Origin: Felis catus
Taxonomy: Eukaryota
DNA length: 64,000 nucleotides
Direction of reading: 5' to 3'
Assembly (NCBI RefSeq): GCF_018350175.1
Contig: NC_058383.1
Location: forward strand, 4,714,001 to 4,778,000
Shown: positions 50,965 through 62,979 of the stretch, in pieces
How positions within the stretch are numbered: position 1 is the first letter of the stretch
How the letters are laid out: every line of letters starts with the position of its first letter
The notes under the pieces: generated by a model
Told to the model about the DNA's origin: nothing
Database searches by the model: none
What the model saw: the letters and a program-made list of their open reading frames with translations, nothing else
Position numbers and translations under genes: made by a program

Positions 50965-51419
50965 ATAAGGGCACTAATCCTGTTAGGGCCCCACCCGTAA
51001 GACCTAGTTACCGCCCAAAGGCCCTGCCTCCTAATGTCATCACATTGGGGATTAGGTTTCAACATGAGTCGAGGCGGGGGTGGGGGGGTGTTGAGGTGGG
51101 GGACACAAATGTTTATTTAGTTCATAGCACAAGGTGATAGAGTCCAGCCGTGGAAATAGGGATTTCTGCTGTGTGGGAGGAAGCCCATCAGTCTGGGAAC
51201 ATTCCCTGGTTCTTTGATGATCCTTGACACCAACTATAAAGGACTCTGCCCATCATCCTTCCAGAGGGAGCCCCTCCCCACCCCAGCTCCAACCCCCACC
51301 CCAGATGCCACTCCTGCCCAGTCGGTCCTCTGAGTCCCTTCTAGCCTCCCACCTAGAGAGTGCTGAGGCCAGCCGGGAGGGCAGAAAGGGGGAGCAGGCA
51401 GAGAAGACAAGAGTGTCCA

Positions 51420-51855
51420 CTTAACAGGGGCAGAGGGTTGAATCCAGGCCCCTGCAACAGAGCAGAAAGGAACAGGCAAGGGTGGGGTCTAGACCGCAGA
51501 CAGACGGGGCAGAGGGGGGTGACAGATGCTTTCCTTGACCAAACTTTTAGTGGGAGTTCAGCTCAGGCCCTGACTTTCAGCTTCCGTGTCTGTCTGTGTC
51601 ACCCAGGTTTAGAAAAATCTGGTCACGTCAGTTTAGCCAGAATCCTCACCCTTGATGTTTCTTCCGTCTTCGTAAATTTCCGCCCACCAGCTTCCCCCTA
51701 GCCCCTCCTTGGCTGTGAAGTCTTCCCTCCTCCTGGCTAAAACCAGATGCTGGTCCAGTGCTGTTCTGAGGTCTCTTTTCCCCTATTGCATTGGGCCCTG
51801 AATAAAAGCTGGTTTTACTGCTTTAACTGTCGTCTGGCTCTGGTTCTTTTCTAGT
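51420..51855 (+). mobile_element. Probable ERV1-class solo LTR
   Basis: gtttagccagaatcc..cccttgatgttt, cccctattgca..tgaataaaag, gctctggttctttt end; resembles MER-type ERV1 LTRs; subfamily not determined. Confidence 0.55.
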
Positions 51856-52398
51856 GGTGGCACTTGTGCTCTCTCCCCACACTGGGCATGTGGGGGTTGG
51901 GTGGGAACTTTGGTCAGCACCCCTCTGTTCCAGGCTCCTTGCCAGGAGGAACCCAGGAGGGCTTCCCGCAGGGGGAGACACTTGGGCATGTCCCGAGAGC
52001 CCAGTGGGAGTGAACTCTGCCCAGACAAGTCCCTGAAGGCAGTGGCATGCATATAGGTGGGTCTGTTCAGAGGTGGCACCTGCCCCAAGCGCCTGTGGAC
52101 CTCACAGAATTCCAAATGCACCCGCATGCCTGTGCCCCTGCTGGTGAGCCACAGGGAGGCTGACACACAGAACGAGTCTCATGACAATCCCTGGGGGTGC
52201 TGACAGCCTCCTCAAGGCCATCGTCCCCTTGGAGGGCCGCTGGTAAACTGGATTTCATGACTACATCTTTCCAGGCACCCAAACTGTCACAGATGCGTAA
52301 CAGTGACACGGAAGCTGTTTTAATGCCAAAGTCTATATGATTTGAGGGACACCACTTGATTCCTTGTATTTTTTTATGTTTTTAAGGGAATGACTTCT

Positions 52399-52595
52399 GG
52401 GGCGCCTGGGTGGCGTCCAACTTCAGCTCAGGTCATGATCTCACAGTCTGTGAGTTCGAGCCCTGCATCAGGCTCTGTGCTGACAGCTTGGAGCCTGGAG
52501 CCTGCTTCGGATTCTGTCTGCCTCTCTCTGCCCCTCCCCCACTCATGCTCTCTCTCGCTCTCGCTCTCGCTCTCGCTCTCTTTTTTAAAATAAAT
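52399..52595 (+). mobile_element. CanSINE with a small head deletion
   Basis: ggggcgcctgggtggc|gtccaact; (CTCTCG)n tract; gacttct/tacttct flanks. Confidence 0.9.
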
Positions 52596-53803
52596 TAGTT
52601 ACTTCTCCAGGGGGATTGGGGAAATCTGTCCGAGATTGAGTTCAGCCATGAGTAACAGGAAAGCCCACCAAAGCAACAGTGTATGCAAACCAAGGTGTTA
52701 ACTGTCCTCGGGTCCAGGGCTCCTCCAGCAGCTCCCCAAGGCCATGGACAACCTCCCCTCACCACGCCCACACCCACCCGTTCCTCCCCTCCCCTGTCCT
52801 GACCGAGCCACTCAGCAGCCTCTGAAGCCACACTGCTGGGGCAAGAGGCAGAAACCATCAGTGCACAGGTTACACGGCGTTGTTCAAATCCGATTTGTCT
52901 TTACATATTTATTTATTGCACCACTGATCGTTTACGTATTCCTAAAACACGAAGATAAGTTGAGAGTAAATTGGGAAGGTAAGTTAAGTTTTAGGGCCTG
53001 GCCGAATGTGGTAGAAAGAAGCCTCAAAGATTTTTTTTAAAAGGCCAAAGAGAATGTGAAAAGCCTTTTGTTCTGAGGTAAGGGATTCACATGGCTCCTG
53101 TAGGTCACGCGGGACAGAGGTGGTTTAAGGGGGTGCTGGGGAAGGACCTCCTGTAACTGCGCATCCGTTCTGGGCAGTTGTTACCTGGTGGCTCTTCCCA
53201 CGGCTTCGGCTTCTCCTCCACGTGCTCTGATGGCATCGAGAAGTTCTCTCTGCGGGCTGCAGGCCTCCAACACGGATCCCGCACTTGCTCGCCGCCCTTT
53301 CAACAAGGACAGAGCAGGCCTCGCATTCAGAGCTTCCGCCGGGCACCGGGGTCTCCCCTGAAGGTGGCAACACTGTTTATGTTGACGGCTGCTTTCCACT
53401 GGTGTCAAACTGACGAGGCTTTCAGCCTGCGGTGCTCATCTTTTTAAAATTCACTATCCGCACTTCCGGGTTCCGGGCCAGCCTGTAAGGGGCTTGCAGG
53501 CCGCTGCTCCGTCCTCACAACAAGAAAAAAAGTGGAAATCAACGATCCATCTCAGATCCTTCAGAGAATCAAGGTCACAACCCAAACTGCTGCCCCTAAA
53601 ATCAGAGAGACAGACGGCAGACACAGAAAATCTCAGCTTCCAGGAGCAGAAACGGCCCTGGAGCCAGCGCCTGGACAGGGAGACTTAAACTCTTCGTGAT
53701 CAATGGTTAGAAGCTCAAGAGGGCTCAGCTGATGCTTAAAACCTCCGCCCGGGGGACGGGGGTGGAAGAGGGGGTGGTGGTGGTCCTCTTAGAAGATAAG
53801 CTT

Positions 53804-54033
53804 TGGGGAGCCTGGGTAGCTCAGTCGGTTAAGCGTCCGACTTCGGCTCAGGTCATGATCTCACGGTCCGGGAGTTCAAGACCCACGTCGGGCTCTGTGC
53901 TGACCGCTCAGAGCCTGGAGCCTGTTTCAGATTCTGTGTCTCCCTCTCTCTCTGACTCTCCCCCGTTCATGCTCTGTCTCTCTCTGTCTCAAAAATAAGT
54001 AAATGTCAAAAAAAAATTAAAAAAAAAAAAAAA
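53804..54033 (+). mobile_element. Felid CanSINE
   Basis: TSD agaagataagcttt; long A tail. Confidence 0.93.
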
Positions 54034-54135
54034 AGAAGAAGATAAGCTTTACCTCCTGGATCCCGACCAGGTTCTCACAGTGAAGATCAAAAACATCTCA
54101 GATTCCTAGCAGGGGGAGGGGAGATGGCGCCATGC

Positions 54136-54600
54136 TTATTTATGTATTTACTTATTCTCATTTTATTTAGTCTTACTTTTTTTCTTTCAGAGAGAGAGAG
54201 GGAGTGGGGGAGAGGGGCAGGAGACAGAGAATCTCAAGCAGGGTCCAGGCTCAGCGAGGAACCCGAGGCAGGGCTGGATCCCACGACCCTGGGATCATGA
54301 CCTGAGCCGAAATCAAGAGTTGGACTCTCGATGAGCTGACCCACCTGGAGCTGTGGAGGTGTTTTTAAATACATCCAGAGCACTGTGTTTTGTTGTTGTT
54401 GTTGTTGTTTGTTTGTTTGGGGTTTTTTAGGGTGTTTCTGACAGAGAGCACAGAAGGGACACAGAGAGAGGGAAGGAGAGAGAATCCCAAGCAGGTTCTG
54501 TACCATCAGCACGGAGCCTAATGTGGGGCTTGAACTCACAAACTGTGAGATCATGACCTGAGCTGAAGTCAGGTGCCTAACTGACAGAGCCATGCATGTG
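54136..54600 (-). mobile_element. Two tandem reverse CanSINEs (54136-54350, 54385-54600)
   Basis: Two reverse SINE bodies; second tail is a (TTG)n/(TTTG)n repeat. Confidence 0.85.
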
Positions 54601-54922
54601 CCTTGCACTCTGTTCTTCTTAACAGAGTCTGCTCTTGAGGGAAGCTATTTTACTAGAGCCTAAGCAAACAAGTGGAAGAGGAAAATACCCAACTCCAGCC
54701 TCCTTTAGCCTTTGTATTCCAGGAGAGGGAACCTGAGAGAGGTTTGTCAAGTTCACAGCCCACAGGCACAGGTTCACTACAAGCCTGCGACCTAATGGTC
54801 AGGATATAGAACACTTCCTCTCCCTGACACCGCACTTCACGTCAGTAGAGATTCTCTATGATAACTTGGGAACACAACGGAGAACCCACATGTCTCAGAC
54901 CTTATTCTAGAAGAAGTCTCTA

Positions 54923-55398
54923 GGGGGCACCTGGGTGGCTCAGTCGGCGGAGTGTCCGACTTAGGCTCAGGTCATGATCTCACGGTTTGTGAGTTCGAGC
55001 CCCGTGTCAGGCTCTGTGCTGACAGCCCAGAGCCTGGAGCCTGTTTCGGATTCTGTGTCTCCCTGTCTCTCTGCCCCTCCCCTGTTCACGCTCTGTCTCT
55101 CCCTCTCTCTCAAAAATAAATAAACATTAAAAAAAAATTAAAAGAAGTTTCTAGGGGGTGCCTGGGTGGCTCAATCAGTTGAGCATCAGGTTCAGGTCAT
55201 GATCTCACAGTTCGGTTCCTTGGGTTCCAGTCCCACATCGGGCTCTGTGCTAACAGCTCAGAGCCTGGAGCCTGCTTCAGATTCTGTGTCTCCACCTCTT
55301 TCTGCCCCTCCCCTGCTCACGATCTGTCTCTCTATCTCTCAAAAATGAATAAATGTTCAAAAAAATTTTTTAGTAAGTAAGTAAGTAAATAAATAAAT
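54923..55398 (+). mobile_element. Two tandem CanSINEs (54923-55142, 55154-55398)
   Basis: Two heads, separated and flanked by a repeated gaagt(c/t)tc(t/c)ag target sequence. Confidence 0.9.
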
Positions 55399-55803
55399 GA
55401 AGTCTCCAGAAAAATCCAAACACAACAGGGGAGACAAAACAAGGAGACCAGAGGAAATTTTCTCCTCTAACCCCTATAGCAATGGCAACAGTAAAAAAAG
55501 CCTGGCTCCTAGCCAGCTAAGCATAAAGCCTCACACCAAAGACCTACTTAACTCAGTTCCTTTTACCTAGGACATCATGTTCACTTCTCAACAACAACAG
55601 CAAAATTACAAGGCATACTACAAAACAAAAGCACAGTTTGAAGAAGCAGATCCAAATACAGTACAGAGGTTAGATAATCAGGATAGAAATTTAAGACAAC
55701 TATGGTGAATATGTTAAGGACAATAATGGAAAAAGTAGCCAACATTAAAAAACAGATGAGTAATGTCAGCAGACAGATGGAAACTAAGAAAGTATCAAAA
55801 GGA

Positions 55804-56022
55804 GGGGCACCTGAATGGCTCAATCAGTTAAGCATCCGATTCCAGCTCAGTTCGTGATCTTACCGTTTGTGAGTTCAAGCCCTGCACTGGGCTCTGTGCT
55901 GACAGCTTGGAGCCTGGCACCTGCTTCGGATTCTGTGTCTCCCTCTCTCTCTGCCCCATCCCATGGCTTGTGCTCTGCCTCTCTCTCACTAAAATAAATA
56001 AACATTAAAAAATATGTTAAAA
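55804..56022 (+). mobile_element. CanSINE
   Basis: Head, body and tail. Confidence 0.88.
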
Positions 56023-56275
56023 AAGAAAATAGACCTGGATGGGCCTATATTGTAAAGTCAGGGCACCGATTAAAATTTTTTTAAGTATATCTGATATACC
56101 AAAAGAGGAGAAATAATGAAATAACACAAAATGCTTAAGTAACACCAGTGAGTGCAGAAAAAGAGTGGAAAACAAAAAAGATTCAAAGAACAAAGGCAAA
56201 ACATAGAAAACAGTAGTGAATGTAGTAGCTATTAATCCAACGATATCAATAGTCACTTTAAAATAAATTTATTTT

Positions 56276-56616
56276 GGGGCACCTGGGTGGCTCAGTCAGT
56301 TATGCCTTCGACTCTTGGTTTCTGCTCAGGTCATGATCTCACAGTTCGTGAGTTCAAGCCCCACATCAGGCTCTGTGCTGACAGTGTGGAGCCTACTTGG
56401 GATTCTCTCTCTCCTTCTCTCTGCCTCTCCTAAACAAACAAACAAACAAACAAACAAACAAACTTTAAAATAAAATAAATTTATTTCAGCTAAAAAGAGA
56501 CCAGATTTGGGATTCCTAGCTGGCTCAGTCAGTAGAGAATGCAACTCCTGATCTTGGGGTTGTGAGTTCAAGCCCCACATTGGGTGTAGAGATTACTTAA
56601 AAATAACATCTTTAAA
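56276..56616 (+). mobile_element. CanSINE with (AAAC)n tail followed by a short tRNA-derived SINE (56509-56616)
   Basis: Two SINE heads; (AAAC)n at 56432-56463. Confidence 0.85.
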
Positions 56617-57194
56617 TACGTAGTGATCAGATTTAAAGAAAATTGCTAAGTAATTGGTAGTACACGTGGTAGGTCCATATGGCAAACGTGTGTCACAAAG
56701 CACTGGTCCAGGGGCCACAGACCGGGCTTAACCAGAGGGAGAAACATTGGATTAGCATTTTAGGACCATCGTCACAACAATGTTTGAGAAGATGGATTGG
56801 AAGGGGCCAGAAGCTGAAGGCAGGTATGTCCGATTGAACACAGGGGACTGACGTCATGCATTTATAACATTTCCCTCCCAGAATGCCCCTGAAGAGGGGG
56901 AAAGGATAGACATCCACAAGGACAAAGACAACCAGAAGGAACCATCAGTGGATGAGCAGTTCCAGCACATGGGTGGCAGACAGAGGTGAGAAGGGTGGCC
57001 TGACCCACCGGAGCGGCCGTGGGACAGGGACCCCAGATACCCACAGAGAAGCAGAGGCCTGTGGTTATTGCTTTTAGCACAACTATCAATGATTCTTGAA
57101 TACTGAAGAAGCCAGGAAGGAGTTGGGATGAAAATTGGGGCCTTAATTTCAAAGCAAAACTTGGTGCACAATTAAACGAGTGTACGGGAGATAA

Positions 57195-57656
57195 AAGATG
57201 GCTGGAAATTGTTTGCAGCCCTTCCCATGGTGAGGCAGGACCTATTTCCTTCCCCTTGACCTGGGCGGGGATTGAGACTTGGTCTGATGAGTGGTATCTG
57301 CAATAAATAACATTGCACAACTTCTAAGCTCCGTCATAAGAAGCCTGGTAGATCCCAAGCTCTGGTCTCTTGGGACCCAGACCCTCTGCTGAGAGACACC
57401 AGGTCACATGGAGAGGTTATGTGTAGGTGCTCCAGGGGACAGCCCCACTGAGCTCCCAGCTGATCACCAGTATCAACCACCAGCCTCATGATGAACCTGT
57501 GCCTCAGCCCCACTGGGCCATCAGATGTCATCACACAGAACAGAAGAGCCACCCAGCTGAGCCCAGGCAACCTGTGAACTGTGAGAAATAACAAAGCATC
57601 TTTTGTTTTTAGCCACTGTTTCGGGGTGGAATATTGCACAATAGTTAACTGAAACA
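57195..57656 (+). mobile_element. Old MaLR (MLT1-type) solo LTR
   Basis: cccagctgagccca, gaactgtgagaaataa, tttagccactg.tt.ggggtg, taactgaaaca terminus. Confidence 0.75.
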
Positions 57657-58001
57657 AAGGGCATTAGGAAAAGCAAGGGGCATCTAGAAGGGCTCCTGGG
57701 TTTGTGTCTCAATGCCTCCAGGTAGTTGGTGCTCCAAATCTCGGAGACCAATGGGTTCTCAGGTCTGAGAGAGATGCCTACATGGGGACTAATGTTATAG
57801 GCTGCGATGGAGTTGGCTGGGACCCTACCACATCCCACCTGCAGGGAAGGATCCTAAGGGCATAACTAGGCCCTTCTACCATCTGGGGGCCTCACAATCT
57901 TTATTTCTACAATGTCTAAATTTTTTAACATTGAAATATTAGAAAGCCTTATCTCACAGAACGTCCAACCAGAGAAGAGCTTGCATTCAAATCTTCCTTG
58001 C

Positions 58002-58218
58002 TTTATTTTTTTTTAATTAATGTTTATTTATTTTTGAGAGACAGAGACAGAGACAGAGAGCGAGCAGGGGAGGGGAAGAGAGAGAGAGAGAACGACACAG
58101 AATCCAAAACAGACTCCAGGCTCTGAGCTGTCAGCACAGAGTCCGACACAGGGCTTGAACTCCTGAACCATAAGATCATGACCTGAGCTGAAGCCAGACT
58201 GAGCCACCCAGATGCCCC
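58002..58218 (-). mobile_element. CanSINE
   Basis: Reverse copy; aaatct(t/c)ccttgcttta TSD. Confidence 0.9.
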
Positions 58219-58979
58219 AAATCTCCCTTGCTTTAGATGCAACATATCCCAGGGGCCTAACATGCACTGCGCCTGTTTGCACATATCATCTCGCCTATTG
58301 TATTGGACACAAAATAGCTCAGAAGCATAGACACTCTGGATCTCATCTTACAGGCAAGGAAAGTTGTCACATAGCAATTGGTGGCCGGAATTCCAATCCC
58401 CAAGTCCTCCCTGGAGGAACATCACTATTTCGTAAAAGATGCCTGACTCAAAGGAGGCAAAGACCGAGAATCAGCATCAGGCTCTGTTCTGTTTTATACA
58501 TTTGATTGTATCATATTCCCTGGAGATTTTCCATTTTAGAGACTTCTGGGCTTAGAATTCTCTTTCCAGCTCTTGATATAGCACAGATATAGCCCGAGGG
58601 TCAGTCCAAAGGAGATACTTACCTAATTGCTAAAAACGCAAAATGACACCCTGCTGTACTGTTGTGATTGTGACTAACACATCACAAAGGGACAGGAAGG
58701 ATTTCACACCAGGGTCCCTCTGTCTAGCAATAGTCCCTAAAATACAGGAGACAGGGAGCCCTCTACTGACTCCCTCACAAAAACAACCTGATCCCTACCT
58801 TTTGCAAACCCTTGCAGATAAGGTCATTATATGAAAAATTAAAACTAGTCGCATTCTTGATAATCTTGTGAGGTTTTATTTTATTTATTTATTTTTTTAA
58901 TTCACATTGTGTTTTTTCACTTGATATGCCAGCCTTGAGTCTGGACCCCTTTACAAGATTCCCATGCATTAAGAAATTT

Positions 58980-59165
58980 CTTTTTGTTTTTAAGTTTATT
59001 CATTTGTTTTGAGAGAGAGAGAGAGGGAGAGAGAGAATCCCAAGCAGGCTCCATGCTGTCAGCACAGAGCCTAACTCCGGGCTCGATTTCACAAACCGTG
59101 AGATCATGACCTGAGCTGAAATCAAGAATCAGAGGCTTAACCGACGGAGCCACCCAGGTGCCCCA
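58980..59165 (-). mobile_element. CanSINE
   Basis: Reverse copy; aagaaatttctttt TSD. Confidence 0.9.
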
Positions 59166-61572
59166 AGAAATTTCTTTTCTTAACGGTCATGTCTCTGCAT
59201 TTTCCTTTCACGTCTCCCAACACAAGTGACTTAGGCCTACCTGGTTGCCAGCACAGAAGGGAAGAAGAGCGATCTAAACACTGAAAAGCAGCCTCCCACA
59301 GTGAGTGAGGGCACAGCTAAAGTGAATATGGCGACCACTGACTCAAGTCAAAGAACCAATGGACATGGCAGAAATAACAGGTAGCAGGTGGAGGGGAGCC
59401 CTTGCCAGGGCCGAGGAGATGAGCCTCCCTCCCTGCTACATACAGCCCTGGGCCCTGGCGTATCATGTGTCTCTGCAACTGGGACCCCCCCACCCCACTC
59501 CTGACACAGGAATCCAACTGTGGGACGCAGCCCTGGGAGCTGTGAATGGGGATGAGCTGAGGGCGTCTTCCTAGCTCCACAGACAGGGGCTCAGGATGTG
59601 GGGACGCTGGAGTGGGCATGGCAGCCAGGGGCCCTAGGAATTCTGGGTAGGGCGGGTAGGTGGACAGCGCAGCTTCCGGACCAGGCCAGCCCATGGCCCC
59701 CACCGAGGATCTGCGCATGACATTTGTTTTAGGTAAAAGTGCAGGGGTGAGAGACGGCTCAGGCGCCATGGCTCCTGTCCCCCTGGGGCGTTGAGAGGGT
59801 GTCTATTCCTTTCGCTGCTGCTCAGACTGCTGGTAGGGGTGGAGGCGGGCGGTAGCGAGGACTGGGGACCGGGCTGGCTTGTGGTTAGGTGGCAAAAGCA
59901 AGGTGGGGGAGGGCCGGGTGATGAGGGCAGGGATTGGGGTGGGCAGGCCTCCCGGGGGCAGGGCCTGACTCATGGGGCTTTCTAGGAGCTATATTTGGCT
60001 GGGCTTAGATGCCTGTTGGATGGACAAGTCAGGTAGAGGTGACAGAGGTGCTGAAAAGTTCTGGGGAGAAGTCAAGGCTGTACACAGGAAGCATCTGGGA
60101 GTCTGGGGCCAATGGATTCCACAAAATCCAGTCCCTAAGCTCTCTCTCTCATTCCACCACCCGTCTCCCGTAGCACCTACCTCCCAGCGATTCCCAGACT
60201 CACTGTTCCTAATCACAACAGGTCCCCTCTGGCTCTGATCTATCGCGCAGTGTGACTTCCATCCTGACCACCTCCCCCTCTAGTGTCTCCAGGCCTCACC
60301 TCCAGGCAGATGCCTGCTGACTCAGCAAGACTTCTGGGAGGCCACTTGGCTCCCCATGTTGGAGTCCGTTGCTCTGTCCCCTCACCCCCCATGTGTGACC
60401 ATTTAGGTGTGTGTCCCTCTCCTACTGGGCTGTGAGCTCTTCAGCAATGCCTCTCAACACCTGGGGCCTGCCTGTCCTGCACTCCGACCAGGCCCCTCCC
60501 AAGACACGGCCTCCGCCTACCAACAGGCTTGGCCTGTCTTCCCACGAGGGCCCCGGTCTTCCGTTCCCCAGAGGCGACTGCAGAAGAGCTAGTATGTGCC
60601 AGTGGTCACTCAAGGAGAGCGCCGGGGGAGGCCGGTGGCGGGCGAGCAGCACAAGAGGGGGGTGGAAGCAGAGGTCTCAGGCAAAGCCCCGCAGAGGCGA
60701 GGAAGCTTCCACCTCCCCCTGGGGCTCCAGCGTTGTCCAAATGTGAGGAAGGGAGCGGGGCTTCCACAAGTCTTCTGAGTCGGCTTAGGGGACACTTCAC
60801 CTTCTCTGAGACAGTGGATGATGGGAGAGCCACTGGCGCTTGTGGGGGAAGCCAGCCAGCCAGGATGGCGGGAGCCCACACGTCTGTAGAACCATCTGCC
60901 CAAGGACAGGTGGGCAGAGAATCAACATCCACCCAGGCCTCTCCCTGCCTCACACAGATCCACTCACCCCCCCAACGTGGATTCTACTCAGCGAAGAACA
61001 CGGATGACAGAGACCTGGGGGATGCCCCTGATGCCGCGGTTGGGTTTGAGGCCCTAGCTTATGCCTCTTATCCGCAGATCCCTTGCCTTCAGCATCTCTG
61101 CTGGTCGAGGGGGCCCGTCTGACAGGATGACTCAGACCTTCACCCCGGAGGGGTCAGAGCCCCAGTTGAAAGATCTAATGCCCCATCCCCTCAGCGAATG
61201 GTTACTCGGGGAAATGGGTCTGCCGGTGTAAAGACAGAGGAAATCACTCACTGTAAACAGAGCCAGAGTGAGGGGAGACGGGCCACTTCTGAATTGATTT
61301 AAAGCTTGTCCTTAGGAGATGCCAAAACTGGCCTCCCCGAGCGTCTGTCCTCTGGCCCCCATCCCTCCCAGCAAGGTTATATGGAACCAGCTCCTCCGAG
61401 GCCAAGGGGTTCAGGTTAGAAAGAAGAGTCTGGGGTGAGGGCACTGAGCATGGGACTTAATAAGCCGTCCCTTGCTCCAGAGCAACCAGGAAAATGCTTT
61501 GTAGAGATGAAACCGGGGGCCAGACGCAAAATCCAGCAGGGAAAACAGAGACGAGACAATGCATTTCTTCAT

Positions 61573-61583
61573 TTTAATTTATT
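61573..61583 (-). terminator. ZNF853: Probable ZNF853 polyadenylation signal
   Basis: Overlapping AATAAA (61583-61578) and ATTAAA on the minus strand ~1.4 kb after the stop, followed by GU/U-rich tgtctcgtctctgttttcc. Confidence 0.7.
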
Positions 61584-62979
61584 TTTCAATTTTTGTTTCT
61601 CACTTACCAACACATTCGTAAAATGTAGCAGGCTGTGTTAGTAAAGGAGAAGCAGGGAGCAAAGAGAGGTGCGGGATCTAAGCAGCTGCACACGGGGGTG
61701 GGGGGTGGGGAAGGTGATGGTCAAGAGCAGGAAGCACTTGGGGGCAGAAGGGGCCGGGCGCCTCCACCGTCCGCCTTCCCGCAGGCGTGGGCATCGCCGA
61801 TGCTCTTACAGACCCCCAGATGGTTTTGTAAACGTTGTAGAGAGCACTTCTGTTGCTTCCAAACTTCGTCCCCCAACTTCTCCCTCTGACTCCCCCTGCC
61901 CCCCACCCCCCGCAGCCATCCCCACCACTGCAGCCACGAGGCAGGGTCTTCTGGAGCCAGCCCCCTGCATAGCCGGGCCCAGAAAAACCCTGCCCCTGGG
62001 TCTCAGGGCCCCAACCCCAATAGCCTCAGTCCCTGGGCCAGCATCTGAGAAGCCTAAAGCGGCTCCTCCCAGGGAGGTCAGGGTGGGGCTACCTTGGAGA
62101 TCTTTCCCCAAGGGGAACACTCCCCTGGACCTTGGAGAGCATTCCTAGAATGCCCTCTGCTTCAGCCGCGGGCTCTTATTCAAGAGGTCACTGACAGGCC
62201 ACCGTGGGCATGGGGACTTGGCAGCATGGAGGGCTACCGCTTGCTGGAACCCTGGGTTAACCTGGAGGGAGGTTTTACCTTCCGCCCAGAGAAGGGCTTC
62301 CTGGCATTTGTGCACTAACCCAGTGGACACTCTGACCCTGTGCTTATGAACACAAACATTTTAATCAGGATTACATCCACCCTGATGAATTTTCATTCTA
62401 GAAAGTACTTTCAAGGCAAACGCCATTGAGGACAATCTAATGCCTTGATGGTTTTCTACAAAGTGCAGATAACTTTCCTTTCTCCCCCATTTCTTTTCCT
62501 CGAAGTCATTTTCACCAGGATCAAATCCTATTTGTGTGCGTTTCGCCACAGGTATCCGACTCCCGGGTTAGTGTTCGATGCGTGTCAAATGTCACCAACT
62601 GTCACACGTGTCACTGGCAGTTTTTTTTTTTTTTTCCTGTGGCTGTCACTTCAAGAAAGTCCAGTTTTCTGGGGGAAGGGCTCTAGCGGACTCCTCACAG
62701 ACCGGTACCCAACAACGAATTTGTGCGGCGTGCTGTCTGTCCTGGTGTGCCACACCTGTGCCCTTTGGCGCCCCAGCGGCTTTTCTCGAGGAGCCTTTCC
62801 GAGGGTCCGTGCGTAACCATGGCCTACCCTCAGCTAACCAGGGACAGAGCCGGGAGCCCTTCCGCAGCCGGCTTCCAGGAGGTGCGCGCACACCACGGGA
62901 CAGGGCGGGAGGAACCTGCGCCCTCACCGACCCCGGCTCCCCCCCCCCCCTTCACCCACCCCCTCCCCGCCGGCCACGG

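Larger units (their letters stand above)
50340..51130 (-). mobile_element. MaLR solo LTR (MLT1A-like) with nested SINEs
   Basis: atttatttctcacagttctgg, aagttcaagatcaagg, ttttataagggcactaatcc, atcacattggggattaggtttcaacatg (reverse MaLR LTR). Confidence 0.8.
53462..56262 (+). mobile_element. LINE-1 5' portion (5' UTR, partial ORF1, start of ORF2; L1MC-like), split by six SINEs
   Basis: Starts acttccgggttccgggccagcctgtaagg like an L1MC 5' end; ORF1-like block 55670-55800; ends at atatcaatagtcactttaaa (ORF2 start motif). Confidence 0.7.

Noticed and set aside
60529..61122. 197-aa plus-strand ORF downstream of ZNF853
   Set aside because: No recognisable domain, promoter or exon structure; GC-rich intergenic sequence.
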